Source: a virus. From it: a stretch of 64,000 nt of DNA. The DNA is taken from the IMG/VR virus record IMGVR_UViG_3300027686_001029. One strand, given 5' to 3'. The notes below the pieces were generated by a model. That model had not been told where the DNA came from. It searched no databases and worked only from the letters and a program-made list of their open reading frames with translations. This document shows, piece by piece, positions 27,786-36,865 of the stretch. Within the stretch, counting starts at the first letter, position 1. Each line of letters opens with the position of its first letter. The translations under genes and the position numbers were made by a program.

Positions 27786-28600
27786 ATTCCTGCTATAGGT
27801 GTTGATCCATTAACGAACCACCTAAATTTCTGTATATTATTTAATACGGTGGGTATTTCTATATCGTCAATATCTGTGTTAATAAGTTCGAATAACTTCT
27901 GCGATTCTTTACTCCATAAGCCATCAGATCCGTAAGTTATGTCTTTTAATCCGTGTACTACAGGATTTGAAGTATCTAAAGAGTATATCCAACTGTAGTC
28001 TAAATGTTTATAGTACGAAAATTCCTGGGGAAGTGAACATCCTAATAAGTGATGAGGTTTATCTTTATTAATAACACCGTCTCTAAGTAAATCTCCAAGT
28101 AGCTTAACACGTCCTAGCATCCAACTAACGTATTTATTAGGATGAGGAAAAGACTCAGTATAATACGAATAATCAAAGGATATAGCAATCATATCACAAG
28201 GTGATAATTCATCTATAGCTTTATAACAGTCTTTAATTTCCTGATAAGTCTTACCTTGAACCACCCCTATACTCTTACCCGGTACATTATTATACTTTTT
28301 AAACCAGCTAGCCATTTGCGACATAGTTTTTTCAGCATTTTCTAAAGCATCTGGTACTATATACCATGTAGGTTTAAGCAATTGTACCCAGTTAGAAAAC
28401 TTATCAGCATCAAAGGCTTCTTCTAATTCAAAAATAGAGTTGTCTAATATTACTTCTCTTCCTTTTCTTACTGCTTTTTCAAACTGCCTTAAGTATTCTG
28501 GATCTTCTTCTAGTAAATGTACTAATGCATAGTCATAATCAGTTAGTCTTTGAACTTCATCAAAAATACTATTCGGAGATTCATGAGCAATCTTAATCAT
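27782..28600 (-). CDS. TGT-fold guanine transglycosylase, DpdA-like (DpdA3-type candidate)
   Basis: TGT catalytic pattern ILDNS, VPD, VVQG, HLLG, SLDTS; short, no tRNA-binding Zn domain; inside the que cluster. Confidence 0.72.
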   Translation of the reverse strand: MIKIAHESPNSIFDEVQRLTDYDYALVHLLEEDPEYLRQFEKAVRKGREVILDNSIFELEEAFDADKFSNWVQLLKPTWYIVPDALENAEKTMSQMASWFKKYNNVPGKSIGVVQGKTYQEIKDCYKAIDELSPCDMIAISFDYSYYTESFPHPNKYVSWMLGRVKLLGDLLRDGVINKDKPHHLLGCSLPQEFSYYKHLDYSWIYSLDTSNPVVHGLKDITYGSDGLWSKESQKLFELINTDIDDIEIPTVLNNIQKFRWFVNGSTPIAGI

Positions 28601-28778
28601 CTTTATTAATTTCCTTTAAAGCGTTATTTAATAATTCTATTGAGCTATCTACTTTTAAAGCAGCATTATTAAGCTTAGCAGTATAATTGCTTACTTCTTT
28701 AATAGCTTTTTCAGCTATTTCTACTGGGATCATTTCTACTCCTTCTACTACTACGATATTTTCTTTCCATGTATTCAT
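28593..28778 (-). CDS. small coiled-coil protein
   Basis: translationally coupled on both sides. Confidence 0.55.
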   Translation of the reverse strand: MNTWKENIVVVEGVEMIPVEIAEKAIKEVSNYTAKLNNAALKVDSSIELLNNALKEINKDD

Positions 28779-29347
28779 ATCCCTAAGTGTTGCTGTGGTC
28801 TAGTTTTAACAATTTCATCATCTGTAAAGAATTGTTTAAGGTCCGGTCTGAAGTAGTTAGTGCTTTTCATTACTTTTCTATCTCTAGTACGGTAGACAAT
28901 ATACCGTCCTTCCTCAATCTTTTCAAAATGACAGGCCTCACCTTGTTCCTTACTTCTTTGGCGGACGGTCTGTATGGCTTCTTTTTCAGTTTCACAAGCT
29001 TTTGACATATTAGAGGCTTGTACTTCTTGATATGCTGGCCATATCTTGTTCTTAAGGCCATGTAGCATAGTACCGTTCCCAAGGGAAACATAAGTAATAT
29101 CGCACAAAGCATCCAAAATTTCCACAATGTCTCCTCTTTCGCAAGCTTCTTTATATTCTTGGAGCTCTTCAAGGATAAAGTCGTAAACAAATCTCCATTC
29201 TTTTTCACTAGGGATAGTTGGTTCATAGTTATTAGGTTTGTTAAACGTTTTGTTAAACTCTTCTACTTCATCTACGAAAGGAACTCCGTTAACCCATACG
29301 GGTAATACTTTTTCTTCTACTTCAAATAATGATAGTTGCTCACCCAT
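28775..29347 (-). CDS. MazG-like / PRA-PH NTP pyrophosphohydrolase
   Basis: V.EFNKTF, EELQEY, EILDALCDITYV, EVQASNMSK, KVMKS. Confidence 0.88.
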   Translation of the reverse strand: MGEQLSLFEVEEKVLPVWVNGVPFVDEVEEFNKTFNKPNNYEPTIPSEKEWRFVYDFILEELQEYKEACERGDIVEILDALCDITYVSLGNGTMLHGLKNKIWPAYQEVQASNMSKACETEKEAIQTVRQRSKEQGEACHFEKIEEGRYIVYRTRDRKVMKSTNYFRPDLKQFFTDDEIVKTRPQQHLGI

Positions 29348-29348
29348 A

Positions 29349-29549
29349 TTAGATTACTTTTAAAATTCTTGATTCTGTAAGGCTTATGATTCTGAAATCT
29401 CTTTCTCCTTCGTTTTCTAAGTACTTATAAACTTTAGATTCAGCTTCAGTACCGCCCATAGCGTCAACCAAATAAATTTCTTTTACTTTTTGAATACGAC
29501 CTCTATCGTTTTCTCTTTCAAACTGGGTAGTAACTTGCCAATATGTCAT
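29349..29549 (-). CDS. DUF4494-like protein
   Basis: KVKEIYLVDA...TEAE.K pattern of the Bacteroidota DUF4494 family. Confidence 0.6.
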   Translation of the reverse strand: MTYWQVTTQFERENDRGRIQKVKEIYLVDAMGGTEAESKVYKYLENEGERDFRIISLTESRILKVI

Positions 29550-29602
29550 AATAATGCTTTTTTAATTTAATTTAATATACGATTAATTTTACTTCTATAC
29601 AA

Positions 29603-29971
29603 CTATTCTCTATTATAGTCATCTTCATATCTGATTATGTCTGATTCATCAAATATACCTGCATTACTATGCTGCACTTCAATAAAAATCATATCTTTGT
29701 TATCCTGTACGTTATTAATATTTCTTATTCTATGTTTAGCTCCTTCTGGTATATAAACAGTATTCTTCTCCGTCAAAACACTATCTGAGCCATCTAAAGT
29801 ATATCCTGCCATTCCCTGTACTATAGTCCAAGTCTCTGATCTATGTTTATGAGATTGATAGGATAGTTGTCCGCCAGGTTTAACTGTAATCATTTTTACC
29901 TTACAAAAAGGACTATCAAGTAAAACTTGATACTCCCCCCAAGGTCTTATATCATGTTCTAATGTCTGCAT
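29603..29971 (-). CDS. mannose-6-phosphate isomerase type II cupin (ManC C-terminal-like)
   Basis: RPWGEY, LSYQSHKHRSETW, HRIRN, IEVQ, DIIRYED.Y.R. Confidence 0.88.
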   Translation of the reverse strand: MQTLEHDIRPWGEYQVLLDSPFCKVKMITVKPGGQLSYQSHKHRSETWTIVQGMAGYTLDGSDSVLTEKNTVYIPEGAKHRIRNINNVQDNKDMIFIEVQHSNAGIFDESDIIRYEDDYNRE

Positions 29972-30672
29972 ATACTTGCTAATTCTATATTCTTATAAAA
30001 CTCTGCTTTTGCAGAATCCTCATCTAAAAATGCTCCTGTTAACTTAGCTGTCTGCATTGAAGCTCCTTGATGCTTTACTCCTCTACAGCTTACACAGTTA
30101 TGAGTAGCATTAATTTGAACTGCTACTCCTAAATTACCATCACAAATTTTATTAACAGCATTATGTATGGCAACTGTTAATTGTTCTTGAATGGCTCCTC
30201 TTCTTCCAAATTGTTCTACTATTCTATTTAATTTGGATAATCCAACAACCTTCCCAGACTCTGAAGCAATATAGGCTATGCTAACAGTCCCACCTATTGT
30301 TTGGTGGTGGTGACTACACATTGACGTTACAGGTATATTAGACTCTTGTACGATTCCGTCGTAGCCGTCGCTAGGGAATGCTGTAACTCGGTCTAAAGGT
30401 TCAAATCTACCTTTCCATAGATCATTAACGTATGCTTTAGCTACTCTCATAGGAGTATCAGAAGAGTTGGGATCGTTTTCCCAGTCAGTTCCAAGAGCGG
30501 TTAAGAAGTCACCAAATGCTGTTGCTGCATTAGTAATAATCTCTTGTTTCTCTTCTGATGATAACCTTGCTTCAGGTCCTTCGGTTAGTTGTTTCTTTGC
30601 TAATTGACTGGATATACCATTAGCGAATCCAGCTTGAACTAATTCTGTTCCTTCTATAAACTTCTTTGCCAT
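29959..30672 (-). CDS. folE: GTP cyclohydrolase I
   Basis: TPMRVAK, SMCSHHH, GLSKLNRIV, IQEQLT, HNCVSCRG. Confidence 0.95.
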   Translation of the reverse strand: MAKKFIEGTELVQAGFANGISSQLAKKQLTEGPEARLSSEEKQEIITNAATAFGDFLTALGTDWENDPNSSDTPMRVAKAYVNDLWKGRFEPLDRVTAFPSDGYDGIVQESNIPVTSMCSHHHQTIGGTVSIAYIASESGKVVGLSKLNRIVEQFGRRGAIQEQLTVAIHNAVNKICDGNLGVAVQINATHNCVSCRGVKHQGASMQTAKLTGAFLDEDSAKAEFYKNIELASICRH

Positions 30673-30705
30673 TCTTATAACTTATTTATACTTAAATATA
30701 CGATT

Positions 30706-31110
30706 TTATTTTGTAGTATCCAAATAACCTTGTATGGTTTTTGAATCTTTTTTTTCCCAAGGGTAAACTATCCATTCAGGTCCTATATGCTGTGCAAAAT
30801 AATCTGGTTTAAATGTAGATTGTTTTTTATAATGAAGTGTTGCATATAAAGGTTGGGGGAACTTATACTGAAACTGTTTTAAAGTTTCTCCTGTATCAGC
30901 TATATCATCAAGTACTAATAGGCTTGGATAATGATTGCTTGGGTTTTCCATATACTCAATTCCGAACCTATGTGAGTAGAGTATTGCTAAAATCGTACCT
31001 CCTCTTGGTACTCCTGTAACGTATCCTACCTGTCCTTTTGTCTGTTGGTATATATTATCTAGAAGGGAGTTTATATCTTCCCACGTTAAAAAAACTTTCT
31101 TTACGCTCAT
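30706..31110 (-). CDS. type I phosphoribosyltransferase (Gpt/Hpt-like); start probably 31110
   Basis: GVPRGG, LVLDDIADTGETL, WIVYPWE; ATGA overlap with upstream small ORF. Confidence 0.85.
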   Translation of the reverse strand: MSVKKVFLTWEDINSLLDNIYQQTKGQVGYVTGVPRGGTILAILYSHRFGIEYMENPSNHYPSLLVLDDIADTGETLKQFQYKFPQPLYATLHYKKQSTFKPDYFAQHIGPEWIVYPWEKKDSKTIQGYLDTTK

Positions 31111-31241
31111 ACAATATTTGTTGTCCAAAACTGGTTATCGATTATATAACTCTGATCTTTACTTTTCCAGTATAATTCTCTTACTTTACTTCCTAATTCT
31201 TGATCGTTAGGATTTTCTTCTACTAATTTATTAAGGTTCAT
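31107..31241 (-). CDS. 44-aa protein (not in ORF track)
   Basis: hand translation MNLNKLVEENPNDQELGSKVRELYWK...; coupled to both neighbours. Confidence 0.55.
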   Translation of the reverse strand: MNLNKLVEENPNDQELGSKVRELYWKSKDQSYIIDNQFWTTNIV

Positions 31242-31542
31242 AATTTAATCCAAAAAATTTATAATTGTTTTTAACTGCTTCTAATTCTCCTGCTTCTATT
31301 GCATCTTCTTCTGTTTCGTATATAGCCTCAACTGGGCATTCTGGAATACAGGCTCCGCAATCTATACATTCGTCTGGGTTAATATATAGGCTTTTGCCTA
31401 TCAATTGCTCTTTAGTCATATTCGCAACTTCTGCTCCTGCACCTTCAATATCTATAGGACCATGTATACAATCTACAGGACAAACAGCAACACAAGCTGT
31501 ATCACATGTACTAATACAGGGACTTCCTATAATGTAGCTCAT
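31231..31542 (-). CDS. ferredoxin (dicluster, FdxA-like)
   Basis: CISTCDTACVAVCPVDCI and CIDCGACIPECPVEAI. Confidence 0.92.
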   Translation of the reverse strand: MSYIIGSPCISTCDTACVAVCPVDCIHGPIDIEGAGAEVANMTKEQLIGKSLYINPDECIDCGACIPECPVEAIYETEEDAIEAGELEAVKNNYKFFGLNYEP

Positions 31543-31775
31543 AAAGTAACTTTTTTCATAAATTTGTTTACAGCATCTGTAGAGGATGTTCCGGTTGCTA
31601 TATCCTCTGTAACTATTAGAGCACCATATAGGTTAGACATTATCTCCCCAATCACGTCTAGTTCTTCACTAGTAACTTTTCTTGCTTCTGAGATGTCTTC
31701 TAATACCTTTAAAGTAATATTAATTTCATCTTCGTTAGAAGTTTTTACGATTTGTTTAATTACTTGTAGTTTCAT
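31539..31775 (-). CDS. DUF6952-like protein
   Basis: MKLQVIK...EELDVIGEIMSNLYGAL...NKFMK, resembles a Flavobacteria family. Confidence 0.55.
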   Translation of the reverse strand: MKLQVIKQIVKTSNEDEINITLKVLEDISEARKVTSEELDVIGEIMSNLYGALIVTEDIATGTSSTDAVNKFMKKVTL

Positions 31776-31793
31776 TATAAGTTATTTATTAGG

Positions 31794-32573
31794 TTATACT
31801 TCTCTTTGATCCTCAAATGCTATAATATGTGGTCTCCAAGTCATCCTATATCCATTATCTCTAACCCAATCAAATAGTACCGGGTAAGATTTAAATAAAG
31901 CTTCTCTTGAATCTCCACTTGGCATAAACCAGACTTTATCCTGAGGTACTTCTAAAATACCTATGCATTCTAATATCTCCTGTAATGCGAAATCATCCTT
32001 TCCGTCCCATACAGGTTTAATATGGTAGTCTGAGTGGTAAGCAATACTTTTCTTCATTGCATCATAATTAAGCCTAAACTTATTATGCTGTTTAATCATC
32101 CTTTCGTCAGTAATCTTACCTTGTGGTGTTGCCACTCCAAGTACAGGTACCGAATTAGAGAACTTGGGACTGATCGAAAGCAGATTGATAGGATAATCCG
32201 TAGGTACAAAATGACTACCTTCATTCTCCATTGTAATAAAAATATTTTTTTCATTTGCAAAATGTGTTAGTTCATTAACCAGTTTACCATGCATAGAAGG
32301 TGAACCTCCTGTAAGCATCATTTCTTTTATATGAGGATTTTTCTCATATGCTTTAATAATGTCATTAAAGTTATATTGACCTTTATCTGGATGTATTGAT
32401 GTATACCAGCTATCACACCAGCCACCTTCTCCAAAATAACATCTGTGAGTACATCCTGTGGTTCTAATTACTACTGTAGGGTACCCTGCTCTTGATCCTT
32501 CAGATTGAACAGCAGTATATATCTCTACAATAGGTAAATTCTTATCATAATCTACTACTCTACCTAGGCTCAT
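31794..32573 (-). CDS. queE: 7-carboxy-7-deazaguanine synthase (radical SAM)
   Basis: EIYTAVQSEGSRAG.P.V.IRTTGCTHRC...WCDS, LTGGSP, SPK, PHI. Confidence 0.93.
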   Translation of the reverse strand: MSLGRVVDYDKNLPIVEIYTAVQSEGSRAGYPTVVIRTTGCTHRCYFGEGGWCDSWYTSIHPDKGQYNFNDIIKAYEKNPHIKEMMLTGGSPSMHGKLVNELTHFANEKNIFITMENEGSHFVPTDYPINLLSISPKFSNSVPVLGVATPQGKITDERMIKQHNKFRLNYDAMKKSIAYHSDYHIKPVWDGKDDFALQEILECIGILEVPQDKVWFMPSGDSREALFKSYPVLFDWVRDNGYRMTWRPHIIAFEDQREV

Positions 32574-33027
32574 ATGTTGCTGTATTTTTAGCGTGTTCTC
32601 TAAATTCTACTTTTGATATTTTTACTCTTCCTTCAGTTTCTGCCTCAATAAAAGGATTTAATTTATCAAATATAAACTGTGAAAATCTTTCTCCTCCTGT
32701 TGCTGGTATTACTCTTATTTGAGCTACACCTGCATCATCCATTTTTTTAAATGATTCTAAGAAAGGATCATCTTCGGCTACTATAAAAGTATGGTCAAAC
32801 ATATAGTCCATCCACTCTTTAGCAGACATACCATCAATCTTCCCTTTCGCCCTTTTCATTCCTCCGAAATCCCATACCCAGTTTCTTTCGTCTAAATCTC
32901 CTTCAAACCAAATTTTAAAAGAAATACCGTAACCGTGTAAAAACCTACAGTGAGTAGTTTCAGCTTTCCATTGTCTAAAGACTGTACTGAATCCTTCAAA
33001 TACTTTTGTTGATTTAAATTTACTCAT
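32560..33027 (-). CDS. queD: 6-carboxy-5,6,7,8-tetrahydropterin synthase; start probably 33027
   Basis: CRFLHGY, WVWDFGG, FDHT, EHAKN. Confidence 0.9.
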   Translation of the reverse strand: MSKFKSTKVFEGFSTVFRQWKAETTHCRFLHGYGISFKIWFEGDLDERNWVWDFGGMKRAKGKIDGMSAKEWMDYMFDHTFIVAEDDPFLESFKKMDDAGVAQIRVIPATGGERFSQFIFDKLNPFIEAETEGRVKISKVEFREHAKNTATYEPR

Positions 33028-33184
33028 GCTTACAACTTTTTTTATGATTAAACATTCCTCCACATTTACATTTTATATATGTAACTGCTGCCAATACCAT
33101 TGGACTTCCTGCTAGTAAGGTAAGTGCGTTAGGATGCCAATGATCCCCGCAAATGCCTACTGCGTGCTTTAAAATTTCTATCAT
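33020..33184 (-). CDS. 54-aa Cys/His-rich protein (not in ORF track)
   Basis: hand translation MIEILKHAVGICGDHWHPNALTLL...CKCGGMFNHKKSCKHE; overlaps both neighbours. Confidence 0.6.
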   Translation of the reverse strand: MIEILKHAVGICGDHWHPNALTLLAGSPMVLAAVTYIKCKCGGMFNHKKSCKHE

Positions 33185-33444
33185 ACTAATTCCTCTATTA
33201 TACCAATTACTTCAGAAACAATTAAAACACTAGCTGCTGCTAATAAGTTAATAGGTATAAGTATATAACCAAATATACGAATTCCTGACTTAATAAACGA
33301 CACTATCTGGTGTTTTTTTGCGTCTGGGTAGTTAATAAAGGAGTCTGGTAAAGGGTTTGAGTTTTGTCTGTTGAGTAGATACTCTTCGTTTGTAACTCTT
33401 CTTGACTCTACATCGTAGAGTTCTTTTTCAATTATACTATTCAT
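33181..33444 (-). CDS. hypothetical protein with C-terminal TM
   Basis: HQIVSFIKSGIRIFGY...EVIGIIEELV. Confidence 0.6.
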   Translation of the reverse strand: MNSIIEKELYDVESRRVTNEEYLLNRQNSNPLPDSFINYPDAKKHQIVSFIKSGIRIFGYILIPINLLAAASVLIVSEVIGIIEELV

Positions 33445-33504
33445 ATTTCGTGTTTTTAAAGTGGTGCTGTGACACTATGTCTTATATTTATATTACAATA
33501 TAAG

Positions 33505-33534
33505 AAGAAAAAGGGTAGTAAACAACTACCCCTT
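33505..33534 (-). terminator. rho-independent terminator overlapping the next promoter
   Basis: GGGTAGT-TGTTT-ACTACCC then TTTTTC. Confidence 0.8.
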
Positions 33535-33542
33535 AGTTTATT

Positions 33543-34436
33543 TTAATATAAAGCATTCCAAGTTGAACCGTTATAAAAATACGGTTTAATTGGACTACTT
33601 GATGATACTGCGAATGCTCCGGCTGCTAATCCTGCAGATGGAAGAGGATGTTGTGGCTGTAATGTTAATACGTTAGATGCACTTACGAAAAGTGATGCTG
33701 ATAGTGGGTATACAGCATTAATATGACCATTATCCTGTATAGTTAGTCTAACAGTTGATCCATATGCTCCTGTTTCTTGAGTTGCAAATGTTATCTTAGC
33801 TCCTGAAGAGCTTACTGCTGATTTTGTTACAGTTCCTGTAATTTGTACAGGTTCAGAATAATCTGTCCAAGTTAGAGCGTTACCTGTTCTTGTAGAACCT
33901 GAGTTTACTACTCTTCCTGCTATTCTAAATATATTATCGCCTACTAGTGCGGGTGATTCAGCTCCTGGTACACCTCTTGATTTTATAAATACAAAGTTTC
34001 CTGCTGACTGGTCAGTTGAAGCTTGGTCAATCCAAATCTCAGATCTATAATTTTTTAACCCAATTTTAGCCGGGTACCAGTGATGTTGTCCTATCTCTAC
34101 AGATCCTGTAATAGATAAACTACCTGTGTGGTTTATTTTTCCTCTAATTAACTGCTCACCTATAAACGTATTACTACTAGTTAGTGCGTATTTCGCATTA
34201 TTAACATAAGATGCGGTAGTTGCGGTAGTTGCTTTTGTAGATACAGATGATGATAGTGCAGTAACAATAGAAGTTAGCCCAGATCCGTCTCCAACAAATG
34301 ATCCTGAGAATGATCCTGTAAGGTTATTGAAAGATGCAGAAAGTGCATTTCCAAGTCCATCTTCAAATCTATTATTAGTCCACTGTACTACTTTTCCGTA
34401 GGTATCCTTTATTTTACTTCCTGTTAAATTTGCCAT
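33543..34436 (-). CDS. Ser/Thr/Gly-rich virion fibre-like protein
   Basis: TGSFSGSFVGDGSGLT repeats, beta-rich, C-terminal YFYNGSTWNAL; late-type motif upstream and terminator downstream. Confidence 0.55.
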   Translation of the reverse strand: MANLTGSKIKDTYGKVVQWTNNRFEDGLGNALSASFNNLTGSFSGSFVGDGSGLTSIVTALSSSVSTKATTATTASYVNNAKYALTSSNTFIGEQLIRGKINHTGSLSITGSVEIGQHHWYPAKIGLKNYRSEIWIDQASTDQSAGNFVFIKSRGVPGAESPALVGDNIFRIAGRVVNSGSTRTGNALTWTDYSEPVQITGTVTKSAVSSSGAKITFATQETGAYGSTVRLTIQDNGHINAVYPLSASLFVSASNVLTLQPQHPLPSAGLAAGAFAVSSSSPIKPYFYNGSTWNALY

Positions 34437-34462
34437 GAGTATACTGTATAAAAATAAATAGG

Positions 34463-34579
34463 TTAAAAATTCTTATAGGTGAAAGGATCTCTCTTTTTCA
34501 TTTCAGCTATCCTTTTTTCAAAGTTCTTTTCTCTTTTTCTATTAGCAAAGTATGCTTTTATCTTCTGAATCAAGTTCAT
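34463..34579 (-). CDS. 38-aa basic peptide (not in ORF track)
   Basis: hand translation MNLIQKIKAYFANRKREKNFEKRIAEMKKRDPFTYKNF. Confidence 0.5.
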   Translation of the reverse strand: MNLIQKIKAYFANRKREKNFEKRIAEMKKRDPFTYKNF

Positions 34580-35207
34580 ATATTTGTTTTTTAGTGAAAA
34601 ACTTAGGTTTTATATTATTTAGTAGTAAAGAAAAAGCTATTCCCATACCTTCACCATTGCCCCTATGGTTATAAATAGACTTCTCAAACATACTATTGTA
34701 CTCTATTATAGGTTTAAGTACCTCTATATACTTAGTAACATTTCTCAACCTACTGTCGTAAGGGATGTAAAATACGGTTTCTAGTAATGGTCTTAATAAA
34801 TTTATAGGGAAATCTGCAAGTTTTAAGTAGTCTGTTAATTTGTCCCAATAGGAACCATTTATATCTGTATCTTTCCATATAGAATTGCCGTAGTCCCAGT
34901 ACCCTACAAAACAATAATCGTCACTTCCTTTAAAATGCTGGTGGAAGTCTGGTGTCATTGCATGTATTTTATTAGCATCAACAAAAAGTACTCCTTGTTT
35001 TTCTTTTAACGCTAATTGAAATGCATATATCAACTTATCGTAGTATGAAAATATAATATTATTATAGGTTGTAGTATCGTATTCCTTGAACCGTTCGGGA
35101 TCATCGGTTAACACTCTAATATCGTATATTTTTCTATCTAATATCTTTAATAGTTTTTCAGCTGATTCTGTATACGGTTTATTTATTGCAGTTGTAGCTA
35201 AAATCAT
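34542..35207 (-). CDS. hypothetical protein, possibly GT-A-like
   Basis: RVLTDDP, VLFVDA; coupled to the carbamoyltransferase. Confidence 0.45.
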   Translation of the reverse strand: MILATTAINKPYTESAEKLLKILDRKIYDIRVLTDDPERFKEYDTTTYNNIIFSYYDKLIYAFQLALKEKQGVLFVDANKIHAMTPDFHQHFKGSDDYCFVGYWDYGNSIWKDTDINGSYWDKLTDYLKLADFPINLLRPLLETVFYIPYDSRLRNVTKYIEVLKPIIEYNSMFEKSIYNHRGNGEGMGIAFSLLLNNIKPKFFTKKQIYELDSEDKSILC

Positions 35208-36865
35208 GTTTTTCTGATTAAAAAGTTACCTATAACTAAAAAATTAATTTTAGAAGATATAAACCTCTCTATTGCCTGTTTTGGAGTCATCGTAATAGTT
35301 TGGTCTTTTAGGTTAAAAGATGTATTAAGTACTACTGCTTTATTTGATAACCTACCTACTTGTTTAATAAGGTCATAATATCTTTTATTTTGAGCTTGTG
35401 TTACAGTGTGTACTCTACAGCTACCGTCTATATGTGTTGCTGCAGGTAGGTATTTAGTTTTAGCTTGTACTACTTGATTCATATAGGGAATATTCTCTTT
35501 CACGTGGAACCACATGGAGGCCTCTTCCTCTATAACAGACGGAGCAAAGGGTCTAAATCCTTCTCGTTCTTTAATAATAAGGTTGAGTCTTTGTCTCATT
35601 TCTGGATCTGATGGAGAGGCTAGGATACTTCTATTACCTAAAGCTCTAGCTCCAAATTCCATTCTACCTTGGAACCATGCTACTATATTTTGATTATTAA
35701 TTAACTCAGCAGTTTTTTGAATTAATTTTGAATCAGATAGTTTAAATGCCTGAATATGCTCTTTATAGTTCTGTATCTCTTTGGAAATTTCTTTATTACT
35801 GTATTCTGGTCCTAAGAATGGATTTGAATTTTCTTCCCTTTTTAACTCCGTTGAAATATTACTAAAGCAAGCTCCAATTGCTGATCCAGCATCTGATGGA
35901 GCATTAGGGATATGGATAGACTTAAAGTACTTATAAGCAAGTGTATTAGCTACACCATTATACGCACAGCCTCCTCCTAAACATAAGTTATTTGATTTAG
36001 TTAAGTATTTTGTTCTTTCTACAAGTTTTAAAAACTGTATCTCATATATTTTTTGTAATGCTGCTGCTAAATCTTTATGTTCTTGAGTAACTTTTTCTTC
36101 AGGTAATCTAGGAGGTAGATCTAAAAGTGAAGCTAGTTTTTTATTAAACATAATTTTATCTGAGTATTCCCATGTAAAGTACTTCTGTTTAATATAGAAT
36201 TTATTAGTAGTATTTTCAAATACACTAGCTAACTTCTCTTTATACCTGCTTGGGTCTCCATAAGGTGCTAATCCCATAACTTTATACTCGCCTTCATTAG
36301 GTTTAAAGCCTAGAAACGAAGTAATAGTTGAGTAAAACATACCTAGTGAATTAGGGAAATCAATTGAAACTTTCTTTTCTATTCTATTACCTATACCTAA
36401 TGATACAGTAGCTGTTTCCCATTCTCCTACTCCATCAATAGTTAAAATTGCTGAATCAATATAAGGAGAGGTATAGTAACTATAAGCAGCATGAGAAGCA
36501 TGGTGAGGAGTATATACAATCTCTCCGGTGAATCCCATATTCTGTAAAAGCAACTTAATATCGTGTATTTTTTGCTCTTTAAGAAACTTTCGTCTTTGAA
36601 AATACGTCCTAAAAAATTTCTTATTAAACGTAGTAAGTACTCTATCTTTTTTAATAATTGGGTCTTCATACCAGCATACTTGATCTATATCTTTTATGGT
36701 TAGTCCTTCTTCTTCTAAACAGAAGTTTATAGCATTAATTGGGAAAGATAAGTCATGTTTAATTTCAGTAAATCTTTCTTCCTCTACTGCTACTTTGACT
36801 TTTCCGTCAATTAGTATACAAGCTGCAGCGTCGTGATAAAATGCGGATATTCCTAATTGCTTCAT
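35204..36865 (-). CDS. carbamoyltransferase (NodU/CmcH/TobZ family)
   Basis: FYHDAAA, EEERF, HHASHAA, IDGVGE, EGEYKVMGLAPYG, GRMEFGARALGNRS, REGFRPFAP, LNTSFN. Confidence 0.95.
   Translation of the reverse strand: MKQLGISAFYHDAAACILIDGKVKVAVEEERFTEIKHDLSFPINAINFCLEEEGLTIKDIDQVCWYEDPIIKKDRVLTTFNKKFFRTYFQRRKFLKEQKIHDIKLLLQNMGFTGEIVYTPHHASHAAYSYYTSPYIDSAILTIDGVGEWETATVSLGIGNRIEKKVSIDFPNSLGMFYSTITSFLGFKPNEGEYKVMGLAPYGDPSRYKEKLASVFENTTNKFYIKQKYFTWEYSDKIMFNKKLASLLDLPPRLPEEKVTQEHKDLAAALQKIYEIQFLKLVERTKYLTKSNNLCLGGGCAYNGVANTLAYKYFKSIHIPNAPSDAGSAIGACFSNISTELKREENSNPFLGPEYSNKEISKEIQNYKEHIQAFKLSDSKLIQKTAELINNQNIVAWFQGRMEFGARALGNRSILASPSDPEMRQRLNLIIKEREGFRPFAPSVIEEEASMWFHVKENIPYMNQVVQAKTKYLPAATHIDGSCRVHTVTQAQNKRYYDLIKQVGRLSNKAVVLNTSFNLKDQTITMTPKQAIERFISSKINFLVIGNFLIRKT

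Noticed and set aside
14620-29610. 15-bp match tatacaactattctc at 14620 and 29596
   Set aside because: Explained by a shared stop codon plus promoter -33 element; too short to call a mobile-element end
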